Shown here in pieces: positions 22,186 to 34,437 of a DNA stretch of 64,000 nt. Made by a program: the position numbers and the translations under genes. Position 1 is the stretch's first letter. Every line of letters begins with the position of its first letter. Below the pieces are notes generated by a model, which saw nothing but the letters and a program-made list of their open reading frames with translations, did no database searches and was not told the origin of the DNA. Origin of the DNA: Flectonema sp. DT1601 (Eukaryota); the NCBI GenBank assembly GCA_964019425.1, contig OZ025802.1, positions 372,001-436,000 of the forward strand. The letters run 5' to 3'.

Positions 22186-23873
22186 TTTTTAGTTTGTTGT
22201 TTGTGTGTCTAGTTGTGATAATATAATAAATTAACATTTGATACCAACATCCTTACTAACGACATCACTGCATCCATTCTGTTGGAAATGAGTAGAGTAA
22301 GAACTTTATAAGAAAGGAATTCAAGTTGTTGATATTTAAAACAAATGTCTTACATACAAACAGAAACTAAAACCGGAATAAACAACTTCTTTCTTTTCTT
22401 TACAAAGAGATAAGTCAACCAAGACAACTCTGAGTAAGTATCACAGGAAGTGGGAATGTTCGCTATTTGTTGAGCAGGCGTTGCACAGCAAGTTATTGAA
22501 ATACGACGACTAACTTCTTCCACACTACGTCTGGGGAACTCCAAGCACAACAAGAAACCTTGTGAGAGTCACAGAAATCTATTAAAAGTAAAGTTCATAA
22601 AAAGAAGTTTCGCAATCTGAAAATCAAATATAACAATTAATTTGTTATCTTTAACCACTCACTTAGTCTCAGCAGAGAACTGAACACAACGAGTATTATA
22701 TACATCTCACTTATAAGTTCTAATCTTGTGCGGCATAATAAAACCTTTTCAATCTCAAACTAATAACTTTATTCACAAGTAGAGCATCACTCACTCCTGA
22801 TTGAAGTCAGATTCTATTTTAGAGTAATACAGACTGTGGAGGTTAGTAGTTGAAATGAACTATTATCAAACAAGACAAGAGGTCGACAAGAAGATGTTGG
22901 ATCATTTGTTTCTTTAATTTATTTATTTTCGATATTTTATCTAAAAAACAGAATCCGATCATTCTGAATTAGTTACTACACCCCTCTTCTTAATCACAAC
23001 GAGAACCCTCTTATGGTTTTAACAGTTTCTTTTAGTAAGTCACAAAACACGAGACCGAAAAGTTTGCAATCACTTCCATTTCAGAAAAGGGGAGTCTGGG
23101 GAACGTGCTAAAGAGAGAATGAGAGAGAGAAATGAGATGAGAGATAACAAAAGAAGTTTCCTCAAAGGGGGGGTTCCAACAAATGATGACCAATCAATAC
23201 TCAGCCTCAACAGAGGATCTAAAGAGAGTAAATTCAGATATTTGTAATGGAAAGGAAAATTAAGTCGCCTCCTAATCTTCTTCGTATCTCTTTCGATAAT
23301 TAAGTTTTTTTAACAAAAAATTTGTTAAATTATATTTTTGTTTGCTCAAAATGACTGACCCTGACTTTCCTTTTCTTTCAGAAAATAATAATTTTGAAAA
23401 AAAAAAAAATAAATAAAAATAAATAATTTAGTTAACGCACACACAGTATCGATTATATAAACCAACTGAAGCCAATCTGTTCGTCAGTATTGTTCGAACT
23501 GATGAGTTGATTGAGGGAACCGAGACTACGTATTGCTCTGCACTGACAGTAACAAATGCCATCAAAGAATAAGACCACCGCACTAAAGAATTTGTTTATA
23601 ATACAACAACTCACCACAAGAGTCAGAGATCAGAATACCCTGAACTCGACTTCAGGTATGGGAGGGTTTGTTTCCATCTTTTCCTTTCTCTTTTTCCTTT
23701 TTGCTCGCGCGCAAAGCGAAAAATTTCGTCTGGAGGCCGCAAAAAAAAAAAAAAAATAAATAAAAACATATCGGAATTAGAAGATTTCCAACTCCATTCA
23801 TCAAAACAGGAAACCTCTCACTGCTGCCAGTGATCATCACTCTGAGTACAGAGATATCTAAACACAAAGTGTA

Positions 23874-25960
23874 TTACGATACTGGGACATCAGTTGAAGT
23901 GGTTGGGTACATTCGACTAAACCACTGCAGCCACGCAGTTCTATCAGATTCCGTGGACACAATGAAGACGAGTCGCTGATTGTTCTTCGTTTCGATTAAC
24001 AACGCGATGTTTAATTCCGGCATCGTAGTTCCGTCACCAGAGACTGAATTGATTAGCGACGCAGGAATTCTTTCTTCGCACTCTTGAGAGCCGTCAATTC
24101 TCTTCGCAGACACTTCGAGGACATGTCCCTGAGGAGGGTTTTGAGATATTTGGATGTGTCTCTTCTTATAAACATGGAATGCGTGCTTTCTTTTATGAAC
24201 ATCAGGATTTACTTGCTGTTGGTAAACCCAAAGCTGTGGCGGCAATGGAGTATCTGGTGGCGGCACAACTGGCAGTCCGAAAGCATCCAACTTCAGCGGA
24301 TTCGGAGGAACGTACGCGTCAGGCTTCGATCGGGATACGCCGTGTTGCAGTGGACTTCCTGCAGAGATCAATCCCGCACTCTGTTTTGTTTTGAATTAAA
24401 AGATAAATACTTTTTTCATTAAGAAAAATAGTGAAGGTCAGTAAACCCACCACGACTAAGGTTAAAGAAAACTCATACCGGACCAGCAGCGTTGCTAAGT
24501 AGTGGTGCGGAAATACTGTTATCGGTGGAAAACTGCGAGAAAGGCTGTGTGCCACTTGAGAATAATGACGATTTGAATCCTGTGGTACGCAAGCCCCCGA
24601 GTAAAGGGCTCGTCCCCAGGGGTTGCGACTGCAGAGGAGAGGTGATGGAATCCAACGAAGAAATGCCAACAGGGTTACTAACCAATCCTCCAACACCATT
24701 AGACGGAATCCCAGACTGACTTCGATATGCGGGGGCTGTTCCATTTGTTGGTTGGAGTGGTGGGTTAAGTTGAAGGCTGGCAATCTCAGCCTGTTTTTCC
24801 TGAATTGCTGCCTCGGCGGCGGCAGTTGCTTTCTCGCGAATGGTGTTCGACTCTGTTGCGATTTCGTGGATTTTGTTGTCGGTAGTTTGCTGAGTGTTGA
24901 CGAGGTCCGCGACTTTCATTTCCAATTCTCTGATTTCAGAAGTCAGTTCCTTAACATTATCCTCATACTGTTGTTGATTAGCCTGACTCTCATTCTGCAG
25001 CTTAGAGAGTTCGCTATTTTGTTGGTTTGCTTCAAATGATGGGTTTTTGTAGGTCTCCTGATTGTCTTTTATTGACGCTAACTTCTTGCTGAGGTCTTCT
25101 TGTTGAGCTGTTGAGTCTCTCAGGCGATCGTTTACTGACATCATTTCCTTTGAATGTTTCTTTGATGTGTACCAGTGGCGGGCGGCGAAGACGACAGCTG
25201 TCATCATTCCAAAGCAAATGACCGCAACGAACACACCGAGTACGACCCAAATACTATCATCGCCTTTGGTCTCTTGTAAGACAGGTGCTACAGGCTCCTC
25301 CATTGGAACTGGATCAGGGAAAGGTACGTCAGTCTGAACTTCAGGTTCGGGGGCTGATGTGTTTGCATCGAATGGTTCAGGTTCCAGTGTTTCTGGAACA
25401 GGTGTATCAGGAATTATTGTTTCTGTTTTCATTACTATTTCAACAGTAGCAGTAAAGTTATTATTAATCATCTGAGTTAGATCGATAAAAGTTTGATTCT
25501 CATCATCAGTTAAGACATCTGACCACAAGACAGCATCAATCACATTCAGAACTTCGATGGATGCTCCCATCAGCCAAGAGCTAGAGTTTCCCTCTCTGTT
25601 GTAGATTACTATTGAATCAATATCTGTTGTGTTCACCAGGTCAATTTCCCAAAACTCCTCAGAACCTGAAAAGTCTGACTGATAAAAAGGATCAGGATTG
25701 TCCCTCGCCATGCGAACATCATCTAGAGCCATGTCACATTTCGATACACCGCGAGAATCCATAAAATCGTAGAAACTACTCGCAGCGCAAATGCCACCCA
25801 AAGCAACGTTTATACCATTGTCGTCAAGTATCACAACCTGGGATAGTGACAAGGCTGTCGTCGCAGTGCTATTTAAAGTGATTCTCACTCGGTCTGCGAG
25901 AAGTGCATCGCTCGTTGCAATGACGAGTAGAGTTACACAGAGTCGGTGTAGCCATTTCAT
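23874..25960 (-). CDS. Type I membrane protein: signal peptide, F-type-lectin/galactose-binding-like ectodomain, TM, coiled coil, C-terminal PH-like domain; 2 exons (25960-24479, 24380-23874)
   Basis: NVALGG...FWEIDL...IDSIVIYNRE ectodomain motifs; TM IWVVLGVFVAVICFGMMTAVVFAA. Phase-0 intron 24381-24478 (GTATGA...AAAACAG) fuses the two ORFs. C-terminal LVFIVSTESDRTAWLQWF is a typical PH terminal helix. Confidence 0.7.
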
Positions 25961-26453
25961 TTGTGATGCTGCAAAGAATGAATGAGATTCACGAGTCACG
26001 AGTCACTCTTTTGATAATAAACACCTCTCTCTTGCTGTTCTTATATTATCATCTCCTGTACTAAAAACTAAAATATCATTCTCAAAGACTAAAATAATCT
26101 GTAATGTTTTTGGAGGGCCCGTGAGCTAGAAAAATGAGGGGCACACATCCAAATAGAATCAGAAACGAAGGACTTCCGTCGAAGATAATAATTTCTTTTT
26201 TTTTTTTTTTTTTGCCTTGGCGCATAATCGGGCTAGAAAGGAACAAACAGAAATAAAATTATATTTTCTGCAAAGCACCTGCTGGACGTTATTCAAAATG
26301 CCTACTCTCGGAACAAATTCACAGTAAACAGATAAATGGGAGAAAAGGAAAATAAATAATACGCAACATCGCTTTGACCAATCAATCCACAACAACAAGT
26401 TACTGACCCTCACTTTACAGGGAGCAAGTTTTGGTTGAATAACTTGGAAGTCT

Positions 26454-27896
26454 TTACTTATTACGCATCAGACTTCTGTAGTAACTTTGTTTAAAATCAA
26501 ATATTTGCTGCTGCAAGCAGAGGTTAGGAAGCATAAGACCACGAAAGCGAGCAGGAACCTCTCCACAAGGCTCTGGAGGAACTCCACCGTTCTTAGCGAG
26601 AATCATTTCTGCAGACGAGCGCTGGTAGGAATGACCGTTAGCCAGGACAACTGGATCACTCATAAGAACTCCTTTAATAGGACACTTGAAGTTCTGAGGA
26701 ATGTCTTCGGGGTCAATTGGGACATCATACGTGACACTACCTCCTCTCTGCTGTGGAGAAGAGGAGACTGATTCGGTGTATATACGAACTTCATTTTCTA
26801 GCTGTCTTTTTCTGTTTGTCGCTGCTTCAACTTCAACGTACAATTCGGCTAATATTCGCTCCAAATCTTCTGTGCTGTGGACTACCTGCCTCACAGCTAC
26901 ATTGGTAATGCTTCCCGTGTAGACTCCGAATCGTAAGCTACTCACCGTCTCACGCTTGTTGTAGGTTGAAGGAGAGCAGCAAATTAGAATTGTCGTTCTC
27001 GAATTTCCACCCACAGCATTCCTCAGAACTCTAGTTAAGATTGAATCCCTGTATGGGATGTGTGGCTCCTTCTTAAGCAGGCACATGATGACACGTCTCA
27101 GGGCTAGTAGAGAAACGTTGATGGACTTTGCTTCTTCCAGAGTTTCACCCTTGGATTCTGTCTTGGCGATGCACTCAGAGCCAGCGAGGTCGACGAGGTA
27201 AAGCTGAGCAATTTTCTCTACCGTCGAGCCGCCCTCTGTAGTTTTGCAAACAACTGTAATTAGGAACACGGCATGGCTTCGGGAAGAAGCATCGTTCATT
27301 TTAGTCTCGTGAACGATTCGATTACCATTTCCCATCTTGATAAGGCGAGTCATCTCCGGGTAGCTGTCTACTGGAACGTTGCTGACGCAGTTCAACATCA
27401 TAGAATCGACGTCTCGAGAACCTTCACTGACGTGACACTTCCGACCCTCATCTAACATGTCAAGGATCTGCTCTTTGTATATTTGAACGTATGAACAAGA
27501 GAGTAAAAATGAATCAGAAGTTGCCTGGGTTCTTCTCTGAATTGTGTAAAACAACTCTGAAGCACATCTAGGGATGAGTCCTGGTGAGTCTTCTGGTCCC
27601 ATCATTGCATATGTTTTACCAGAACCAGTCTGACCGTAGGCAATGATCGCACCATTGTAACCATTTAGAACAGAATTAATGACATCTGTTGCTGTGGATT
27701 CATAAACATCATCTTGTCCTGCACTTCCTCCTAATACTTTATCAAAATCAAATCCTAGTCTGCTGCTGTCTGATTCTAATTCGATTCTCTTACCGCTGGC
27801 ATTTATTTCCGCAAACTCTTCACCCGGTTCGTTTTTTAGCATCGGTCGGAACCGCGCGATGACTTTAATATTCTCTCCGATTTCATCACCCGGCAT
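26454..27896 (-). CDS. Kinesin motor domain fused to C-terminal U-box
   Basis: GQTGSGKT, SSRSH, LVDLAGSE, HIPYRDS motor motifs; short coiled coil; FKCPI...MSDPVVLANGHSYQR...LMLPNLCLQQQI U-box. Confidence 0.9.
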   Translation of the reverse strand: MPGDEIGENIKVIARFRPMLKNEPGEEFAEINASGKRIELESDSSRLGFDFDKVLGGSAGQDDVYESTATDVINSVLNGYNGAIIAYGQTGSGKTYAMMGPEDSPGLIPRCASELFYTIQRRTQATSDSFLLSCSYVQIYKEQILDMLDEGRKCHVSEGSRDVDSMMLNCVSNVPVDSYPEMTRLIKMGNGNRIVHETKMNDASSRSHAVFLITVVCKTTEGGSTVEKIAQLYLVDLAGSECIAKTESKGETLEEAKSINVSLLALRRVIMCLLKKEPHIPYRDSILTRVLRNAVGGNSRTTILICCSPSTYNKRETVSSLRFGVYTGSITNVAVRQVVHSTEDLERILAELYVEVEAATNRKRQLENEVRIYTESVSSSPQQRGGSVTYDVPIDPEDIPQNFKCPIKGVLMSDPVVLANGHSYQRSSAEMILAKNGGVPPEPCGEVPARFRGLMLPNLCLQQQIFDFKQSYYRSLMRNK

Positions 27897-28299
27897 GTCG
27901 TAGAGTAGTTGGGAATCTGATGGCAAAATTAAAGTAATTGAAAGAAGGCAACGAAAAGCCTACTTCTCAAATGATAATAACATTCAACATCCACGACTAC
28001 TTATGAAGAACTAAGTTATTAATGAAGAGAGTTCATAACTGCGAGTGCGAGTGTATTCTGTTTTGGGGGAACAAAGTGAAAGTAATCAATAACGAGCGGT
28101 AAAGTATTTTAAGCTAAAATCTAAAAAGTACAGAGGTTGGTAATATTTACTTGAATCTAATAAGAGTCTACTAAAAACAGAACAGAACAGGGATGAGATA
28201 CAACCTTAACAGTCATCACATTATATCACACCAGTCTACTAATTCTATTGAACTTCCTCGTAGTAGTTATAAAGGATAACTCAGAGTGTTGGAATCAAC

Positions 28300-31200
28300 T
28301 TATCTGTTCAGCCCTTCTAACTTCTCCATCACTGTATTCAAATCCGGAGAATTGACACCAGTGTTGGGAACCCTTGCTCCAATATGACTAACAACTGATT
28401 GCATACAATCCAATATAATTGAAGTCGGTAACGTAGATGGAAGTGAATCAGATTGTGTTGCTACATCTGATGATGAAGAGGAACATTGAATACTAATCGA
28501 TTCTCTAGTTGGAGTGGAGATCATGTGATCGCCTTCTATCGATGTACCAGTTGAAACAACTTCAACAAACTCTCCGACACCAACAGATGTTCTTAAAATA
28601 GGTTCCGATCCCTGACATGCGTCTACCAAATACTTTGACTCTCTGAGGTAACTGCTCATGTCTGCAGTCTCAACACCTTCAGAGATGCCAATCGGCTTCA
28701 CGTTGACCCCGGCATCGTAACATACGGGAGTAGCCTGTACCTGAACAGTATTATAACAAACATCTACCTGACTGCAACTATCAACTGTCAAGTATGAGTC
28801 ATCATTTCCAATTGAAATAGATTTCAAAACTGGTTTTAGAATGACCATAACTTCAGTCGAGTTACTTAGAGTAGAATATTTTGGTGGCTCAGTTGATGTC
28901 GACTGATGTCGCATTGGCGCCACCGCAATCGTTGCCGTCGAACTATCGCAGCAGACAGGTCGTCGAAGTGTAGAAGAACCTATCGATGCTGACAAGGTCA
29001 CCTTTGGAGTCACTGAAGTCCACGAACTCAACAGTTCGTGTAAAACTGGTACGGCCTTTTTGACAACCATTACTGAGGTTGTTGAATACAAGTGTTTCTT
29101 ATTACTATTGCCGGGTGTGAAACCGACACCTTTAAATGAAGGCACTACACCAGCAGCTAACTGACACGCTGTTTGAGTTTCAGCAGTCGACAACAACACA
29201 CGTTTAGGAAGTAATGACAGTACCGAGTGTGTTTCTTTTAGAGTCTTGCTGCTCTCACCAGGTTGATTACACCAAAGCGAGGGGGTCTTAAGGCAGCGAT
29301 CCCCCGAACCGTTTGATTGGTTGGTTTTTATATCTGAGACATCATAGACAGCACTAGACACTGAAAAGATTCCTTCACTAGGAACTTCACTACCTGAACA
29401 AGTCATAACACCAGCATTACAACTGTTCTCTCTCAATAATGTATTGTGTCTGCACCGCTCATTAAGTTGATGACTTCTTCGAGCAACTAAAGACTCTTCA
29501 GGGTGATAACAGCTCCGCAAAGCAGGCTGTCTTCGACTGATATGAATACTGTCCTTCACATTGAGAGGTGTGGGATATTGTAAAAGATTATTTAAATTGT
29601 GGTCGTAATCAGCCTCACTCAATACGTTGTTAGTCTTACTGATGTAGTCACTATAAAGTATGGAAGGAGTTCTTGACTGACGTCTGTAATCATGAGAGGA
29701 ATCACTACAAGAGAGAGAAGAAGTACACTCTTCTGTCCAACTTTGTAAAGATATCAATTCCGCAGCATTGGAAGGACTTCCAGAATTCCGTCTGGAACCA
29801 TAAAAAGTGTCACCAGCCACAACCTCATTTGCTTGAGGTACTCGTGGTGTAGAAATATCACCATAATAATTTCTCCTGACAAATATGTCTTCTGAACCAG
29901 TTCGAAGCCCATCTTTCCGATTTAGATTTGCAACCGAGTCGTGACTTGAGTGAGAACTATCAGGATTCTCAATGGTGGCACTAAATAATCTGTTTCTAAT
30001 TCCTAAAAGCCTTTGACAGTGAGTCATTTGATTACTATTCTCAACCTTCCCTCGACGGCTGGAGTCATCTACTGCATCAGTGCCAATACTCCGAAACTGA
30101 ATATGAGCACTGTTGGTACCTCCAGAAGCAGTATTTCTTAGGGTTGGATTACACTGTAACGCAACCGACTTTATTGAAGTTACTATTGAGTTAGTTTGCG
30201 AATAAACACTTTTACTTGAGAGCGTTTTAGGAGGCTGAATCTCTATCTTCATTATCGCGTCCTGAAGTGCAATCTCTGCATCGACTAACTGATCCCTAAT
30301 AAGAGAGGTGCTTTTTTGATTATCATGCAGCTCACGTTCCAAACAAGAGACTCTTACAGCGGTTGCGACGTCGGGATAGGCATCTGTCCCTGAATCAGTT
30401 TTGTCAACTTCAAAGCGGTGGAGCCTTTCTTCCAACATAAGGACGTCTGTAATTGATGTTGATAGTTGGTGCTCAAGGGATTTGATGACTTCTTTATCAT
30501 CACATTGAGTTTGAACTCCAACACAACTTAATTCAGGTCCGAGAGAACACTGCAATGCTATGTTGTGTGACAAGGGAGAAATAGAATCTTTCTCAAGCGT
30601 GCATATGTGCTCGCGTAGCTTTCTTATCTCTTTTGAAAACCCAGCTACTTTCATATCCTTACCAGTTTGCGATCCAATACTCTGACTGGTGACTTCTGTT
30701 GTTTGTGTTGTTACTTGAGAATAATTACTACGGCTAGCCTTCTTTTCCCTAACTATGATTTTAATTTTCTTTTTCTTCCTGAGCGTTAGTGTGTGTCGCA
30801 CATGTATCTTAATTATTCCCCCACATTGAGGAACATTACTTGCGAACTTGTATTCAACAGGAGCAGATATTGGAGCAGAAGACGCAACCACGAAGGACCT
30901 ACTTCGAGATTCAGAAAGTGCCTTTCTTGGTTCCTGTTCAACTCCTACTGTTACGGTATCGAGATTGTTAAGTGTTTCGCTCTTATCTGATTGGTCAGGT
31001 TTCTGTATCCAATTATTGTTTACTTCGGAAACTTTATAATCAAATTTGTCTTCATAAGTGTCCTTTATATTTTCCAGTATGTTATTATTATTTTGATTGG
31101 TTTCCATCAACTGATCATCAGCGTGGTTTGGTTGATTACCATCTTCCAGATGCTTATCATTTGTCTCATTGAGCGGCTCTATTTCAATCATTCGATAATC

Positions 31201-32856
31201 ACGATGGCTTTCCCGCTTAGAAGAAACTACTGATGAGTGACCCTCGTTTGTTTGGCATTCACTCATTTGATTTCCTCGGCATTCGTCAAGTGGTACAACT
31301 TCTACCTGGCAATCATCCTGACTTCTAAGCTCTGACGAGCTCTTGTTTAGATTCACATTGTAATCGGACTCGCAGGGATCAGGTTTCGGTGACAGTGAAG
31401 AGGGTATACGTCGGGCAGCCCCTATCTCTCTCGAAAGACTATTCTCGTTGTAGTGTCGCCGAACTGGTTTTAATAAATTTGTTTCAGCTCCGTTGCTTGC
31501 AGGAAACTTTTCAACTACGAAGGCTGATGCACTAGTTGTGCTTCCCGGCAGCAATGAAGGATCGGCATTCCCTTGGTAGTAATCATCAGTCTCTGAGTTG
31601 GCATTTCTCTGTTCAAGCTTCGTAACTAACTCATGAGATGAAATTTTACTACTCCAGTCAGTACCGTTATTATGATCAACAATCCCCAAGTTGGTATTGT
31701 TTATATCGCTTTTCCATTCCGAGGTGCCAAACTCAGCTGCACATGCCGTAGAGTGGCTTTTTTCAGAAATCGAATTGTTGTCATCAAGAGATCCCTCCCG
31801 TAGATAAGTACTTGCTTTGTGGCTCAGATTCCACTCAGATTTCGCACGCAAATCTGTCGTGGCACTACTCCAGTTAGCGTTGTCACCAATACCACTTGGA
31901 GCTGTTTGCTGATCAACAGTAGGATAGCAAACAGAGACTTCTTTCTCAGGATTAGAAAACTGTTGATTAAAATTGTTAAGAACTGCACCCCGCAAAGGTT
32001 CTCCTGTTGAGCTTGGTTCACTATTGGGTTGAGGTACACCAGTCTCATTGCTTAGAACTAATCGTTGAGAACTCACTTCTCTATGAGTCCTATTATTGCT
32101 ATTGACGATACGGCGGTTCGATTCAAGACTGCCTAACCATGATGGTTCTGAGGTAGAATTAAGCCAGCAGTTACCATCTACAGATCTGCTATAAAGAAGA
32201 TCGGTATCACTCTTCACTAAGGTGTTCGCTGTTTCAAATAATTGACGAGTAGGACTTTTTCCAGTAGTACGACGTTCAGGCAGCTCATCATCTAAATCAT
32301 GTAAACATGAGGGAGGTGGTGTTGTTGGAGTGGTAGTGCCGTCCAGGGATTTCTTTTTGAACGAAGTTACCCAGGATGGGGTTTTCGAGTATTTTAGCAT
32401 CGCGTCATCATCAACCCCGTTGACCCATTCTTGGATCGAGTTTTCAAGACCGACTGGGGAAAGACACTCAGGCGTGCCTCTTTTTAATGGTGGTTGTGTT
32501 CTTAGAGAACAATCACTAACTGAAGTGGTATCAGTATTATCACCGTGTGACTGTAACAACAGGTTTCGAATACTTCCTTTTGGTACATTTATTGCTCTTC
32601 CACTCAGTTGTCTCGTCACTGATATCGGGACTGGGTGTGCAAACCTCTCTTGCACTACATCAGCTAACCTCGCTGACAAGGTCTTTTGTGTCACGTCTGT
32701 CGCAATTTGAGATCCATTCTTCAACGGTGACGGTGCAGTTCTTGGGCCTCTTTCAGATAATTTAGAGGGAAGTTGTGTCTTTGCATCGCACGGGCTCCAC
32801 GGCATATTGACGGCATATGTGGAGAATAACGTTTCCTGATAAATTAAATTATACAT
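28300..32856 (-). CDS. Large S/T-rich, largely disordered hypothetical protein with coiled coil and repeated (S/G)x(V/T)QT-type motifs
   Basis: 1518-aa uninterrupted ORF co-oriented with the cluster; no catalytic motif recognised. Confidence 0.7.
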   Translation of the reverse strand: MYNLIYQETLFSTYAVNMPWSPCDAKTQLPSKLSERGPRTAPSPLKNGSQIATDVTQKTLSARLADVVQERFAHPVPISVTRQLSGRAINVPKGSIRNLLLQSHGDNTDTTSVSDCSLRTQPPLKRGTPECLSPVGLENSIQEWVNGVDDDAMLKYSKTPSWVTSFKKKSLDGTTTPTTPPPSCLHDLDDELPERRTTGKSPTRQLFETANTLVKSDTDLLYSRSVDGNCWLNSTSEPSWLGSLESNRRIVNSNNRTHREVSSQRLVLSNETGVPQPNSEPSSTGEPLRGAVLNNFNQQFSNPEKEVSVCYPTVDQQTAPSGIGDNANWSSATTDLRAKSEWNLSHKASTYLREGSLDDNNSISEKSHSTACAAEFGTSEWKSDINNTNLGIVDHNNGTDWSSKISSHELVTKLEQRNANSETDDYYQGNADPSLLPGSTTSASAFVVEKFPASNGAETNLLKPVRRHYNENSLSREIGAARRIPSSLSPKPDPCESDYNVNLNKSSSELRSQDDCQVEVVPLDECRGNQMSECQTNEGHSSVVSSKRESHRDYRMIEIEPLNETNDKHLEDGNQPNHADDQLMETNQNNNNILENIKDTYEDKFDYKVSEVNNNWIQKPDQSDKSETLNNLDTVTVGVEQEPRKALSESRSRSFVVASSAPISAPVEYKFASNVPQCGGIIKIHVRHTLTLRKKKKIKIIVREKKASRSNYSQVTTQTTEVTSQSIGSQTGKDMKVAGFSKEIRKLREHICTLEKDSISPLSHNIALQCSLGPELSCVGVQTQCDDKEVIKSLEHQLSTSITDVLMLEERLHRFEVDKTDSGTDAYPDVATAVRVSCLERELHDNQKSTSLIRDQLVDAEIALQDAIMKIEIQPPKTLSSKSVYSQTNSIVTSIKSVALQCNPTLRNTASGGTNSAHIQFRSIGTDAVDDSSRRGKVENSNQMTHCQRLLGIRNRLFSATIENPDSSHSSHDSVANLNRKDGLRTGSEDIFVRRNYYGDISTPRVPQANEVVAGDTFYGSRRNSGSPSNAAELISLQSWTEECTSSLSCSDSSHDYRRQSRTPSILYSDYISKTNNVLSEADYDHNLNNLLQYPTPLNVKDSIHISRRQPALRSCYHPEESLVARRSHQLNERCRHNTLLRENSCNAGVMTCSGSEVPSEGIFSVSSAVYDVSDIKTNQSNGSGDRCLKTPSLWCNQPGESSKTLKETHSVLSLLPKRVLLSTAETQTACQLAAGVVPSFKGVGFTPGNSNKKHLYSTTSVMVVKKAVPVLHELLSSWTSVTPKVTLSASIGSSTLRRPVCCDSSTATIAVAPMRHQSTSTEPPKYSTLSNSTEVMVILKPVLKSISIGNDDSYLTVDSCSQVDVCYNTVQVQATPVCYDAGVNVKPIGISEGVETADMSSYLRESKYLVDACQGSEPILRTSVGVGEFVEVVSTGTSIEGDHMISTPTRESISIQCSSSSSDVATQSDSLPSTLPTSIILDCMQSVVSHIGARVPNTGVNSPDLNTVMEKLEGLNR

Positions 32857-32978
32857 AAAGGAATATCATTGTTAATTTAAGATACTCTTAAGATATATAT
32901 TGTAACAAATATGGGTAAATGACTTACGACGCCTCAACCTTTGTCAAACGAACAGGAGTAGACGACCGAACACTTGGC

Positions 32979-34187
32979 CTACCAATTCCTACTGGGGAGG
33001 GCCAGGGTCTTCTCCTTTGGAGTCAATCCCGATCTCTTTCTTGCACAAGCGAAAGTCCGTGCCACTAAACCCACTAACAAGATCGTTGCAGAGAACCAGA
33101 TAAGAACATTTGCAACTTCGTATTCCTCAGAAAGATCCGACGAACCTGATATTAGTAGTGCCCCTCGAAGAGGTACTTCCTGCAATTGGTTTGTATCCAC
33201 TGATGAGAATAACTGCCTTTTCAAGTCGTACAGTTCATCTGATATGTCGTAACCAGTAACAGAAGCGAACCTTTGCTTAAAAGCGCCTGAGGGAATCCAT
33301 GAAACATTGAAGGTCATCCGACACCAGATCTTCTTTGCGTGGACACTGGCGCGACGTCCAACAAAGGACAGGTCTCTGGATCGAGTTTTGTAACAACAAA
33401 TTGAAGTTAAGAATTCACCAGCATCAAGAATGCCCAGTTGAATAGTAGGGAATTGAACATCATCGACTAAAACAATATGATCCTTATTTGCTCGAATTTG
33501 CATAAATGTGAGATCACTGAAAACCCCCTCTCTTGTGTGGCTTCCATCTACGTGAATTAAATCACAGAGTTTTTCCTTGTGTGTTTCAAAATACCTGGGA
33601 ATCTCCTCTCCAGATTTACCTTTTATAAGTTGCCATCGTTTTCCCAGCTGGCTGTCAGCTGTAATGTATTCTGCGCCTATGTTTTTTCGAACCATGAGTA
33701 AGTCGTCCTTATTCCCCTGTCTGGCTTCAATGTCGCTCCAGTAGTCGAATGTGAGAACGGATGCATTTGTGTTTCCTTGCAGGAAACCAACAGTGGATAT
33801 CCCAGATCCAAACCCTACTTCACAAACTTGTCCTCCAGCGGGGAGCGATCGTAGCTGTTTACTTAATTACTAACGACACTTCAAAACCTAAGCAACTATC
33901 TACCTAAAGGTACATACCTCGTTGTGATAATACCAAGCTTGTCCAGGAAACATCCAGACGTGACCAGTAACCTCTACCGTTTGGTTAATAGAGAGCACTC
34001 TGTGGAAGAGTTCCTGAGCTTTGCGCTTTGCGTTGCGAAACTCATTGTCACCCATCCTGTAGTTAGACAGCTTTACAGGTACTCCCTTCAGCATCCATAT
34101 AGATCCAGTCCCCCTCTTCACTCTTTTGGCCCGCATCAACCCAATTGCTGAAAGAATGGATCCAACACGAAGTAATAGAAGTTGCAT
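32979..34187 (-). CDS. Class I SAM-dependent methyltransferase (Methyltransf_24-like), membrane-anchored; 2 exons (34187-33918, 33854-32979)
   Basis: 63-nt phase-0 intron 33855-33917 (GTATGT...AAACAG) restores QVCEVGFGSGIST (motif I) in frame with CDLIHVDGSH and IVLVDD; C-terminal TM segment. Confidence 0.8.
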
Positions 34188-34371
34188 ATTTAGCCCAACT
34201 GAAGAACTGAATAAAAACTTACTTACAATTACAACTGAGGAAGCTGCTCATGGAGCTCCAGGTCAACCCATTAGGTTGGCAATCCCACAAGAGGGAAAGA
34301 GAATTGCTAAGCTTACGGCAGGCCGGGAACACGATAATTTTTTTATGACTTACTCAAGAGAAGAGACTTTT

Positions 34372-34428
34372 AAAAAAAGCAAAATGAAAGAGAGACAAGA
34401 AAGATGTGACAAAATAAATAAATAAATA
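34372..34428 (+). mobile_element. Extremely 5'-truncated LINE 3' tail
   Basis: AAAAAAAGCAAAATGAAAGAGAGACAAGAAAGATGTGACAAAA is identical to the 3' end of the element at ~37434-37475; flanked by duplicated AGACTTTTAA. Confidence 0.7.
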
Positions 34429-34437
34429 AGACTTTTA

